Made by a program: the position numbers and the translations under genes. The notes beneath the pieces were generated by a model that saw nothing but the letters and a program-made list of their open reading frames with translations, was not told the origin of the DNA and did no database searches. This document shows, one piece after another, positions 16,827 to 26,659 of a stretch of DNA of 64,000 nt. Numbering within the stretch: position 1 is the first letter of the stretch; each line of letters starts with the position of its first letter. The DNA is from Promethearchaeota archaeon (GTDB taxonomy: Archaea; Asgardarchaeota; Lokiarchaeia; Sigyniarchaeales; SOKP01), in the NCBI GenBank assembly GCA_048939995.1, contig JBHLOY010000005.1, positions 32,001-96,000 of the forward strand, read 5' to 3'.

Positions 16827-17831
16827 ATGACTGAAACGATACTAAATAAGATAAATGAAATTTTGAAAAAATCTGATTTTGAAACATTATTTTTAGATGA
16901 GTATTCTAATAAAAAAAGCAAGTTCTGTTTTGATTTATTAGTAAAAAAAGAAGATTCAATTTTTAGCGTAAAATTAATTTCAAATATTGATAATATTAGC
17001 CCAGAAATTATTAATGATATAAAATCTCTTTCTTTATTATTGAAATCTAAACCTTTATTAATAGGTATTAGAAATAGATACCAAAAATTAGAAGATAATA
17101 CTATTTATATTAGAGAAGGGTTGCCTTTTATAACCTTGAATACATTAGAAAATATTTTAAACAGAAATGTATATCCCTATATTTTAGCTAAACGTGGTGG
17201 AGGAGTTGTTTTTCTAAATGGTATCCTGATGAAAGAATTTAGAGAACAACATCTCATAAGTAGAAAGGAATTATCTGAGAAGCTTGGAATAGCTAAGAGG
17301 ACTGTTTATTCCTATGAGAATGAAAGTTTACGTCCTTCAGAAAAAATTGCTGAAAAAATATCTGATATTTTAGAAAGCAATGATATCTTTAAAAGAATAA
17401 ACGTTTTTGATTGGCCTATTAAATATGATTTAGATAAAAGAGAAAATTCTGAAGAAAGTGATCTTTCGCCCTTCGAGTCTCATATACAAGAAATTATTAA
17501 TGATATTGGTATTTGTACATATTGGTATAAAAAAGGACCTATTCCTTTTCAATTATCCATATATTCACAAATTTCTAAGAGTATTCAAGAATCCAATTTT
17601 TATCCCATATTTTCAGGTATTACTGAAGATCAAAAAAAGATAAATGAATCTATTGTTAAATGCCTAAGATCATTTACAAAATTATTTCATAAAAACGCTC
17701 TTTTCATCATTAATGACAATATAAAAATAACTGATACTTTAATGAAAGAAAAAATACCATTTGTCAAGGTGAAAGATTTAGAAGAGATTGACGATGAAGA
17801 GGAATTCATTGAACTTATCCAAGAATTATGA
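16827..17831 (+). CDS. archaeal HTH-type transcriptional regulator (nuclease-like N domain + XRE HTH)
   Basis: CFDLLVKK..SVKLISNIDNI, PYILAKRGG, FREQHLISRKELSEKLGIAKRTVYSYEN. Confidence 0.85.
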   Translation: MTETILNKINEILKKSDFETLFLDEYSNKKSKFCFDLLVKKEDSIFSVKLISNIDNISPEIINDIKSLSLLLKSKPLLIGIRNRYQKLEDNTIYIREGLPFITLNTLENILNRNVYPYILAKRGGGVVFLNGILMKEFREQHLISRKELSEKLGIAKRTVYSYENESLRPSEKIAEKISDILESNDIFKRINVFDWPIKYDLDKRENSEESDLSPFESHIQEIINDIGICTYWYKKGPIPFQLSIYSQISKSIQESNFYPIFSGITEDQKKINESIVKCLRSFTKLFHKNALFIINDNIKITDTLMKEKIPFVKVKDLEEIDDEEEFIELIQEL

Positions 17832-18495
17832 ACTAATTTGTGGAATTGATGAGGCTGGTAGAGGGCCAGTTCTGGGGCCTATGGTGATATGTGGTGTATG
17901 TTTTCCATCAAATAATTTACGGTTTCTTAATGAGATTGGAGTAAAAGATTCTAAGAAGCTTACAAGCTCAAGGAGAATTGAATTAGCACAAATTATCAAA
18001 AGAGAATGTCATTCTCTAAAAGTTAAGATTATTAGTGCTAAAGAGATAGATAATAGGGTAAAAAGGAATTTAACAATGAATCGCCTTGAATTACTTAAAT
18101 ATATTGAGATAATTAATGAATTAAAACCGAATATAATAATAGTAGATGCTGTTGATGTAAATGAAGAAAGATTTGGAGATTCAATAAAAAGATTATTAGA
18201 TTTTAAACCTAAAGAAATTATCTCAAAACACAAAGCAGACGATATTTATCCTATTGTATCAGCTAGTTCTATAATTGCTAAAGAGATAAGAGATAACTTT
18301 ATTGAGACTTTAAGAAAAAAGTATGGAGATTTTGGCTCAGGATATCCCTCTGACGTTAAAACTATTAACTTTTTAAGAGATTGGATAATTAAAAATAAAA
18401 AACCCCCTTCTATTGCTCGTAAAACATGGGACACTACTAAAAAAATATTAAATGATACACTTTATAGTAAAAATATTAGGGAATATCTAATATAA
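17788..18495 (+). CDS. rnhB: ribonuclease HII
   Basis: GIDEAGRGPVLGPMV, VKDSKKL, HKAD, SASSIIAK, GSGYPSD; true start probably TTG 17809. Confidence 0.96.
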   Translation: MTMKRNSLNLSKNYELICGIDEAGRGPVLGPMVICGVCFPSNNLRFLNEIGVKDSKKLTSSRRIELAQIIKRECHSLKVKIISAKEIDNRVKRNLTMNRLELLKYIEIINELKPNIIIVDAVDVNEERFGDSIKRLLDFKPKEIISKHKADDIYPIVSASSIIAKEIRDNFIETLRKKYGDFGSGYPSDVKTINFLRDWIIKNKKPPSIARKTWDTTKKILNDTLYSKNIREYLI

Positions 18496-19183
18496 TCTGC
18501 TTTACAATCAAGATGATATGATTGGCAGCATACTTGTGAATATTAATATTCCTAATTATCTCATAACCTGCCTTCTTAAATATCTCTTTTTCTCTTTCAT
18601 ATATTTTTTCTGATTTTTGAATGCTATTTATTGATTGGGATTTTATTGCTATTATTAAAAATCCTCCCTTTCTTAAATAATATCTACTGTTCAAAATCGC
18701 TATTTCAGCCTGATTGGGTTGAGCCACATCTTGATATATTATATCAATTTCAGTAAAAATAGATTTTGCATACTTTTCTGGAAAGTTTGCGTCTCCCATA
18801 ATTGGAACTATATTTTTTCTATCCGAAATATTTTGGATAAGTTGTCTCATACTTCTAGGTGCTACTTCTACGCCAAAGATAATACCTTCATATAAAATAT
18901 CCGATAGGTGAGATATTGTGGTTCCCGATGAAGCTCCTAAATACAAGCATTTTAAATTATGTTTAAATAGATCAATACTAGGATTTTCCAGTAATAAAGC
19001 TGCCAACTTGCTTCTAAAAGGATCCCATTCTCTATATTCAATACCTTTATATTTTATTAGTTTCTCTCCGTAAACTCTATTACCGGGAACTAAATTTTTA
19101 GTATATAATTTCAAGTTGTTAGGTTGACCAGAAATATATATATTAGAGAACTTTGGATGAGTTCTGATTTCGATATTGCTCAA
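18476..19183 (-). CDS. flpA: fibrillarin-like rRNA/tRNA 2'-O-methyltransferase
   Basis: VYGEK, YREWDPFRSKLAA, LYLGASSGTTISHLSD, YQDVAQPNQ. Confidence 0.96.
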   Translation of the reverse strand: MSNIEIRTHPKFSNIYISGQPNNLKLYTKNLVPGNRVYGEKLIKYKGIEYREWDPFRSKLAALLLENPSIDLFKHNLKCLYLGASSGTTISHLSDILYEGIIFGVEVAPRSMRQLIQNISDRKNIVPIMGDANFPEKYAKSIFTEIDIIYQDVAQPNQAEIAILNSRYYLRKGGFLIIAIKSQSINSIQKSEKIYEREKEIFKKAGYEIIRNINIHKYAANHIILIVKQIILDIP

Positions 19184-19195
19184 TTGATAAAATCC

Positions 19196-20392
19196 TCAAA
19201 CTTTCTTTCTTTTTTTAACTTTTATTGCTTTTCTCTTAGTTTCAGGTTTTTTAGGATATTTTTTTTCGATTTCCTTTACTTTTTCATCGACTTCTTGTGC
19301 TAATTCTTCTCCTATAAACTTTCCACCAAAAAAGTCTACTTTACTAGCAATGCCAATTTTTCCAGCAATTAATCTTGATATTTTTCCTCGATGATGTTGT
19401 TTACTACCTCTAATTACATTCCACTGATATATTAACCCGTGTTTTGGTCTTTTTTCACCAGACTTTAAAAATCGATATAGTGCTTTTTCTGCTCCTAAAA
19501 TTTGTATTCTAGATGCTGGCATAAATGCTAATTTCTTTAAGCTTCCAGCTTTCGCTATTAATTTAGCTCCAACTAAACTTCCTACTAAAGCATTAAGATT
19601 AGGAACTGTAGATTGCATTATATTCTCTAAATATACTTCTAGTTGTTCTCTAAAATGATCGAGCTGTATAATCTGGTCAGCAAAATTTTGCACCATATCC
19701 AATTCAATAGTAGAACCCATTGATTTTGAAGCCAAATCTTCTAACATCTTTATATGCTCATCCTTGAATTCAAAACTACTCCTTATTTTTTCAAATGAAA
19801 AGTTCCTTCTATCTCCCAAAATACAAACTAATTTAGCGATAATTATATTATCTTCGATTAATTTATCAGTTAATTCTGGAAAATGTAATCCATACCATTC
19901 TCTAAGTCGGCTGGAATACAAACTAATAGATTTTTTAATAGTATCTATTGTATCAATAGTTCGTATTATAATGATATCATTTTGAGCTCCTAAAATGCTC
20001 ACTTTACTTTTAATTAACTGTTCTTCAATGTTCTTTATGCTTTTGAGGACTTCCATTTCAGAAATATGAATTCCAATTTCATTTAAATTTTTACTTAAGT
20101 TAAAGCGAAAATTTCTAAACTCAAGAGCCTCAGTATCCAGTAGGGTTTGATTATCAGGATATTGAGCTACTAAATATTCCAATTTTGCATTATCAAATAC
20201 AAAGTAATTAAATCCAGAGGTTTTTAATTCCGTTATAAACTTTTTAAAAGCATTAGAAATAGTCTTTTCTTCAAGTAATTGATAAAATTCAATAATTTGG
20301 TCCTCATTATTAACATTAATGTAATTTAAGATAGTACCGGCTTCATCGACAGCAAATATTCCAATAAACGTATCTATTATAAAACATTTCAT
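19196..20392 (-). CDS. nop5: C/D box sRNP protein Nop5 (Nop56/58)
   Basis: RLREWYGLHFPEL, PASRIQILGAEKALYR, PKHGLIYQ, K-rich tail; adjacent to flpA. Confidence 0.95.
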   Translation of the reverse strand: MKCFIIDTFIGIFAVDEAGTILNYINVNNEDQIIEFYQLLEEKTISNAFKKFITELKTSGFNYFVFDNAKLEYLVAQYPDNQTLLDTEALEFRNFRFNLSKNLNEIGIHISEMEVLKSIKNIEEQLIKSKVSILGAQNDIIIIRTIDTIDTIKKSISLYSSRLREWYGLHFPELTDKLIEDNIIIAKLVCILGDRRNFSFEKIRSSFEFKDEHIKMLEDLASKSMGSTIELDMVQNFADQIIQLDHFREQLEVYLENIMQSTVPNLNALVGSLVGAKLIAKAGSLKKLAFMPASRIQILGAEKALYRFLKSGEKRPKHGLIYQWNVIRGSKQHHRGKISRLIAGKIGIASKVDFFGGKFIGEELAQEVDEKVKEIEKKYPKKPETKRKAIKVKKRKKV

Positions 20393-20456
20393 TTTTAAGA
20401 TTGTCTGCTACAAATTTTCTTAAATAATAATAATAATATTTCCTTAGGTTATAATA

Positions 20457-21386
20457 GTGATGCTTGAAGTTAATATTTCTGGAATAAAATTAAAAACTCC
20501 TATTATCTTGGCTTCTGGTATTTTAGGAGTTTCATACTCTACTATGAAAAGAGTAATTAATGCTGGAGCAGGAGCAGTAACAACTAAATCCATTGGCCCA
20601 AGAGCTAGAAAGGGCTATAAAAATCCTTCAATTATTGAGATATTCTCTGGAACATTTTTAAATAGTGTTGGTTTAGCGAATCCCGGAATAGATAACTTCA
20701 TTAATGAGATCAAAGAACTTAAGTTACTTGGTATTCCTTTAATTGTTAGCATATTTGGAGAAAACCTTGAATCTTATTTAGAAGTTGCTTTAAAAGCTGA
20801 AAAAGCTGGAGCAGATGCTATAGAACTGAATATCTCTTGTCCACATGCTGAGGTTTCGGCTATTGGAATTGATAAAAACTTAACCTACTCATTAATTACT
20901 GAGTTAAAGGAGAAGATCGATATACCCTTATTTGTAAAATTGACTCCAAACGTTACCGATATTTGTGAAATCGCACTAGCTGCTGAAAAAGCTGGAGCTG
21001 ATGCAGTAGTAGCAATTAATACAATAAACGCTATGGCAATTGATATTAATGTAAAAAGACCTGTTCTCTCACATGGAAGTGGAGGGATGTCAGGAAGAGC
21101 CATCCACCCAATTGCCATAAGAGTAGTTTATGATCTTTATAAAGTATTGAAGATTCCAATTATTGGATGTGGTGGAATCTTTGATTGGAAGGATGCTATT
21201 GAATTTTTCTTAGCTGGAGCGTCTGCGCTTCAAATTGGAACAGCGTTTTATCAAGGCTTTAACCTTATTTCACAGATAAATAAAGATCTTATTAAATACC
21301 TAGAGCATGAAAAATTGAATGCTATAAGCGATTTAATTGGTTTAGCTCATCAATGGAAAGTTCAGGAGGTACCTGATTTTGAATGA
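20457..21386 (+). CDS. pyrD: dihydroorotate dehydrogenase, catalytic subunit (family 1B)
   Basis: LASGILG, TTKS, NSVGLANPG, ELNISCPH, VKLTPN, GGMSG. Confidence 0.95.
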   Translation: MMLEVNISGIKLKTPIILASGILGVSYSTMKRVINAGAGAVTTKSIGPRARKGYKNPSIIEIFSGTFLNSVGLANPGIDNFINEIKELKLLGIPLIVSIFGENLESYLEVALKAEKAGADAIELNISCPHAEVSAIGIDKNLTYSLITELKEKIDIPLFVKLTPNVTDICEIALAAEKAGADAVVAINTINAMAIDINVKRPVLSHGSGGMSGRAIHPIAIRVVYDLYKVLKIPIIGCGGIFDWKDAIEFFLAGASALQIGTAFYQGFNLISQINKDLIKYLEHEKLNAISDLIGLAHQWKVQEVPDFE

Positions 21387-22230
21387 AAACATAATAGAGA
21401 CAGTTAAAATTAAAAGAATCACTACTCATTGTATAGGTATTAAGACCTTAGAATTCAATTTAAAAGAACTCAATCCCTCGAATTATGTCGCCCCTCAACC
21501 TGGTCAATTTGTAATGATATGGGTTCCTGGAGTTGATGAGGTTCCAATGTCTCTATCTGGATCTGATGAGAATGGAAATTGGGCCATAACTGTAAAAAAT
21601 GTTGGAGAATGCACTAGTGCTATTCATAATTTAAAGAAAGGTGATTTTATTGGAGTGAGAGGACCCTTAGGTAACTCTTTCCAATTACCAAAAGAAAGAT
21701 CTACTATCTCTTTTCTAATAGGAGGAGGTTTTGGTATTGCCCCCCTAAAGTATCTTGCTTCTGAATTATCAAAAAAGAAATTTAAAACTATAATTATTGA
21801 AGGTGCTAAGATTGGTGAAGAAATAATATTCATCGACGATTTTAATACCTTAGATAATGATTATTCTGAAATCTTTTATTGCACTGATGATGGAAGTTAT
21901 GGATTAGAAGGAATGGCCTCTGAGACATTTAAAAATTTAATTAAGAAACGTTTAAAATCTGATCTAGCAAATCTAAAAGTATATACTTGCGGTCCCGAAT
22001 TAATGTTATTTGAGATCTTTCAAATCTGTGAGAAATATAATATTGAATTAGAGGCTAGTTTAGAACGAATTATGAGATGTGGTTGCGGTTTATGTGGATT
22101 GTGTGCCATTGATCCACTAGGATTATTAGTTTGTAAAGATGGACCAATCTTCAATTCGAAAATTTTAAGAGAAATGGATGATTTTGGTAAATATAAAAGA
22201 GATTTCACCGGAAAAAAAATTAATATCTAA
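21379..22230 (+). CDS. pyrK: dihydroorotate dehydrogenase electron transfer subunit
   Basis: PGQFVMIW, RGPLGNSF, GGGFGIAP, CGPELM, MRCGCGLCGLC..VCKDGP. Confidence 0.95.
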   Translation: MNENIIETVKIKRITTHCIGIKTLEFNLKELNPSNYVAPQPGQFVMIWVPGVDEVPMSLSGSDENGNWAITVKNVGECTSAIHNLKKGDFIGVRGPLGNSFQLPKERSTISFLIGGGFGIAPLKYLASELSKKKFKTIIIEGAKIGEEIIFIDDFNTLDNDYSEIFYCTDDGSYGLEGMASETFKNLIKKRLKSDLANLKVYTCGPELMLFEIFQICEKYNIELEASLERIMRCGCGLCGLCAIDPLGLLVCKDGPIFNSKILREMDDFGKYKRDFTGKKINI

Positions 22231-22267
22231 TAGGGTGTAAATTTTCTTATAAACGCATCTGATTTTA

Positions 22268-23890
22268 ATGGAAGTATCTGAAATAGAAAAAGTAAAAAAG
22301 ATAGCACGAGCAACTATAGATTATATTCTTCAGCATCCAAATACTCCTAAAGAAAAAATAACAAATATAAAGGGAAGATTTGCAAAAGAATTTCAATATA
22401 ATGGAGTTGTTAAAAATGCCACAATTCTTGACTATTCAACGGAAGAAGAAAAGAAAATTATAACTAAGCTCTTAAGAAGAAGAACGACACGAACTTTATC
22501 TGGTGTATCTGTTATTGCTATAATGACAAAACCGCTTCCTTGTCCCGGTGCATGTATATATTGTCCAGGTCAAGATTCACAGCCTGGGCAAAAAGTTGCA
22601 CAATCATATACAGGACAAGAGCCTGCTGCTATGAGATCAATTAATAATAATTATGATCCATTTAAGCAAGTTCAAAGCAGAATTACAGATTTAGAAGCAA
22701 TTGGTCATGAGGTCGATAAAATTGAATTAGTTATCATGGGAGGAACATTTTTATCTACAAATGTTAATTATCAAGAAGAATTTATCAAGGGCGCTTATGA
22801 GGGTGTAATTAACAAAAAAACTAATTCCTTAAACCAAGCGAAAAAATTTGCAGAAAGATCTAAGAGAAGATTAATAGGATTAACCATCGAGACTAGACCT
22901 GATTTTTGTAAAGAAATTGATGTTGATCGAATGTTGAATTATGGTACAACAAGAGTAGAAATTGGAGTGCAGACCGTTTATAATGAAATTTATACGCTCA
23001 TCAATAGAGGTCATACAATTAGAGATACCATTGATAGTATTAGGATTGCGAAAGATGCTGGTTTAAAAGTAAATGCTCATATGATGCCAAACTTGATTGG
23101 ATCAAATAGATCAAAGGATATTCAAGCATTTGAAGTTTTATTCTCCGAGCCTGATTTTCGACCTGACATGTTGAAAATTTATCCGTGTTTAGTTATTAAA
23201 GGAACCGAATTATATAATTTATGGAAAAAAGGTTTATATCAACCATATTCCGATAAAGAGTTAGTTGATTTAATTGCTAATATTAAAAAAGATATTCCTC
23301 CTTATGTTCGTATCCAAAGAATTATGAGAGATATACCTGCCCAACTAATAGAAGCAGGCTGTAAAAAGAGTAATCTAAGACAATTGGTACAAAAAAGAAT
23401 GAATGAGTTGAATATTAAGTGTTCATGCATAAGATGTCGGGAATTTGGAATTAAAAAAAGAAAAGAATTCATCGATGAAGAATCTTATGATAAGGTAAAA
23501 TTTTATAAATATCATTATGAGGCTTCGCAAGGAGAAGAGATGTTTTTATCATATGAGAATAAGGACGAAAATTATTTGATGGGATATCTAAGATTGAGAA
23601 AACCTTCAAATTTTGCTCACCGAGCGGAAATAAATGATGAAAAAACTATGCTCGTTAGGGAAATTAGAGTCGTTGGAGAATTAGTTCCAAAAGATATAAA
23701 ACCTACTAGAGGTACTCAAATTCAACATCGTGGCTTTGGAAAATCATTAATGTTGCAGGCTGAAAAAGAATCTCTTGAGAAATATGATGCCAAAAAATTA
23801 ACAGTTATTAGTGGTATTGGAGCAAGAGATTGGTTCTATGATTTAGGATATAAGAAAGATGGTCCCTATGTTTCGAAACTTTTAGTATGA
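22268..23890 (+). CDS. elp3: tRNA uridine(34) acetyltransferase Elp3
   Basis: RTLSGV, CPGACIYCPG radical-SAM motif, SYTGQEPA, IETRPD, LKIYP, QHRGFG GNAT motif. Confidence 0.96.
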   Translation: MEVSEIEKVKKIARATIDYILQHPNTPKEKITNIKGRFAKEFQYNGVVKNATILDYSTEEEKKIITKLLRRRTTRTLSGVSVIAIMTKPLPCPGACIYCPGQDSQPGQKVAQSYTGQEPAAMRSINNNYDPFKQVQSRITDLEAIGHEVDKIELVIMGGTFLSTNVNYQEEFIKGAYEGVINKKTNSLNQAKKFAERSKRRLIGLTIETRPDFCKEIDVDRMLNYGTTRVEIGVQTVYNEIYTLINRGHTIRDTIDSIRIAKDAGLKVNAHMMPNLIGSNRSKDIQAFEVLFSEPDFRPDMLKIYPCLVIKGTELYNLWKKGLYQPYSDKELVDLIANIKKDIPPYVRIQRIMRDIPAQLIEAGCKKSNLRQLVQKRMNELNIKCSCIRCREFGIKKRKEFIDEESYDKVKFYKYHYEASQGEEMFLSYENKDENYLMGYLRLRKPSNFAHRAEINDEKTMLVREIRVVGELVPKDIKPTRGTQIQHRGFGKSLMLQAEKESLEKYDAKKLTVISGIGARDWFYDLGYKKDGPYVSKLLV

Positions 23891-24321
23891 AAAAGATTGA
23901 ATTATAGGATTTTTGGTTTTCGCCCTTAAACATTGCTTTTAGACTTATAGCAGGAGTCTCCTATTAAGAAAATTCCTTGACAATAGATTATTATTTTAAT
24001 TCAATATTTAAATTGATATGTTAGATGATAAATCAAAAAATGAAGGTCAGATTATTAAATAAGTCAAAAATTAAGAGAAACTAATATTTTTAAGGATACA
24101 TTTCTGCTTAAAATGAAAACCAATTTAAAATGATTTTGAAAAAGTTCATATTGGTGAGGAACTCAGATATCTAAAGCATTTTTAAAGTAATAATACTGTA
24201 ATCAAACTGATTATTTACTTTTGAATGAATTGTATTTTCAAATATTATAATTATCATTTATCTTAGACATAGATTTAATACTAATCTACTTTTTTATAAA
24301 TTTAAATATATTAGATATAAT

Positions 24322-25383
24322 TTGTTAGTAATGTCAAGAATAAAACAAACCATTTCTATTTCAGATAATCTTAAGAAAAAAATTGACGAATACGTAGGTG
24401 AAAATCACAAAAAATTCCCTAAAGATGAAAGATTTAAGAGTACTTCCGCTTTTTATGATTTTGTTATGAGAAAAACACTTAAATGTTTTGAAAAGGGAAA
24501 ATCCTTAGATGATTTTGAAAAATTTGCCGATAGCGAACTTGTAGACTTATTCGATAAATTTTCTTTTAGACAATTTATACCTATTTTTGAACCTTCATTA
24601 GAAATGAATCGATACACAGAGTTAGATATAAATATGACCATTCGGTTCTTATTCTCATTAAAACGATTGGCATATCAGAGTGGATATAATCCAAATGACA
24701 CTAACACACTAGCAGTATTTATTGAAAGAATGGGTAATTATATCTTTTCTAATAGATTGACTAAAGATTTTAAATTTGATATAATCATAGATGAAAAGAC
24801 AAAAAAACTTAAGAAACTAATAATTGAACTAGCGGGGATTTATAGAAATATAACATTCGAAAATTTTAAGCTTCTGACTGCTGAATGTGCTATTTTTGGA
24901 ACAAAAATCATTAACCTATTTCATTCCCCAGATGAAAATTATTGTAGATTAGAATTAGAACCAACATCTTTATATTTTCAGCAAGCTATTGATAAAAAAA
25001 AAACTTTAGAGTTAATTAAGCAGAATTTAACCTATCTCCTTAATTATAGCAAAATAGTAAATGATAAACCCTATTATTTATGGATAAAAATGGCAAATGA
25101 CAAGGATATAACCCTTTTATTTACCAATGAAAAAAGTAGAGAAAATTGGATTAATTCAGTCGTAGATGAAATCAATAAATTTAGTGAGAAGGAAAGATTA
25201 CTAATAAATATATTAAAATTGTTTGAAGCATTACATTGGATTGATATTGAAGACCTTGAACTGAGGAATTTCCGATTCAGACTATCTAAAGAAAAATATA
25301 AAGAAGAAATCGATTTTCTTCTAAATTACCTATCAAATTATGGAGAAATAAGGACTATAAATGATATTTATTATCTAGATTAA
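24322..25383 (+). CDS. hypothetical protein with N-terminal RHH-like motif (paralog A)
   Basis: QTISISDNLKKKIDEYV..RFKSTSAFY; similar to the next ORF over its whole length. Confidence 0.65.
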   Translation: MLVMSRIKQTISISDNLKKKIDEYVGENHKKFPKDERFKSTSAFYDFVMRKTLKCFEKGKSLDDFEKFADSELVDLFDKFSFRQFIPIFEPSLEMNRYTELDINMTIRFLFSLKRLAYQSGYNPNDTNTLAVFIERMGNYIFSNRLTKDFKFDIIIDEKTKKLKKLIIELAGIYRNITFENFKLLTAECAIFGTKIINLFHSPDENYCRLELEPTSLYFQQAIDKKKTLELIKQNLTYLLNYSKIVNDKPYYLWIKMANDKDITLLFTNEKSRENWINSVVDEINKFSEKERLLINILKLFEALHWIDIEDLELRNFRFRLSKEKYKEEIDFLLNYLSNYGEIRTINDIYYLD

Positions 25384-25399
25384 GAACTGAGCGATTTTT

Positions 25400-26473
25400 A
25401 TGACTTCAAAAAAATTTTTATCTAATAAAAAAACTGCAAACCAGACAATATCGATTTCTCCAGCTTTAAAAGATTGGATTGAACGCTTTGTAAATGTTGA
25501 GAGAAAGAAACATCCTAATGATACCAGATTTAAAAGTATATCTTCCTTTTACACATACATCATGGAGAAAAGTATGGAAATCCTCGAAAGAGGGAAATCT
25601 CTTGAAGATTTTGAGAGATTTGTAGATGGCAATACTGAAAATTTTTTCGATTCTATGACATTTAAAGCATTAATTCCTTTTCATGAAGAAGTGGCTAGGA
25701 CACATAGGTATACTGACATTACTTTTAAACAGTTAACAAGATTCCTTTTTGCTATAAGAAAGTTATATCTGGATGGAATAGAACCTTATGATTACAATAC
25801 GCTTTTAGATAGATTTGAAGTTTTTAGAAAATTCTATTTGGAAAATAAAATTGCAAAGGAAATGAGGCTAGAACTGTTTACTAATGGGAATGTTAGATAT
25901 CCTAAAGCAATTTTTGAGTTTGTTGGGAATTATCAAAATTTATTCTGGGAGAATTGCAAACTAAATGCTGCTGTTCTTGGAATAGTAGGAACTCGAATAA
26001 CGGATGTTATATATTCTGTTAAAGATTTATATTGCAGGTTTAATATAAGCGCCACTGATTTAATATTTAGAAATGATATACCTAAGAAAGATCGAATTAA
26101 ACTAGTGCAGGATAATGTAAATACTTTAATTAATCTAAAGTATGTAATAAATGATGAGGATTTCTACTTATGGATGAAATTGGCTAAGGACAGGGGCCTA
26201 ATAATAAATTTTAATAATGAGAAAGTCAAAAATCGATGGATAGAACTAATAGTTAACGAAATTAAGAAATTTGGTGATAAAGATCAATTTAAATTGGATT
26301 TCCTCAAATTTTTCGAGAAATTGCATTGGATTGAAATAGAAAGTGAAGATCAATTAAGATTCAAAATACGATTATCAGAAGAACAATATAAAAATGAAAT
26401 AAATTGGTTATTAGATCTAGCCTCGAAATATTCAAAAGTGAATCAATCAAATGGTAAATATTATCTAGAATAA
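25400..26473 (+). CDS. hypothetical protein with N-terminal RHH-like motif (paralog B)
   Basis: QTISISPALKDWIERFV..RFKSISSFY; shares GKSL.DFE.F.D, YLW.K.A.D and LHWI.IE with paralog A. Confidence 0.65.
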   Translation: MTSKKFLSNKKTANQTISISPALKDWIERFVNVERKKHPNDTRFKSISSFYTYIMEKSMEILERGKSLEDFERFVDGNTENFFDSMTFKALIPFHEEVARTHRYTDITFKQLTRFLFAIRKLYLDGIEPYDYNTLLDRFEVFRKFYLENKIAKEMRLELFTNGNVRYPKAIFEFVGNYQNLFWENCKLNAAVLGIVGTRITDVIYSVKDLYCRFNISATDLIFRNDIPKKDRIKLVQDNVNTLINLKYVINDEDFYLWMKLAKDRGLIINFNNEKVKNRWIELIVNEIKKFGDKDQFKLDFLKFFEKLHWIEIESEDQLRFKIRLSEEQYKNEINWLLDLASKYSKVNQSNGKYYLE

Positions 26474-26659
26474 TAATTTCCAAACTTCCAGATTCATTGA
26501 ATCACTGTTTTAAATTAAGATAAAATACTCTATAAAAATAAACAAGGATTAAAAAAATATAATCGATTTAATTAGATATTTTATCCACATTGCATTATAG
26601 TTAAATTAAATAACTCTATTTTCAAAATTGATTACGATCTAAAAAAATAGTGATTCTAA

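Noticed and set aside
23891-24321. C/D box sRNA or other ncRNA in the long spacer
   Set aside because: Only partial TGATGA/CTGA-like words; no convincing box pair or GC-rich structure
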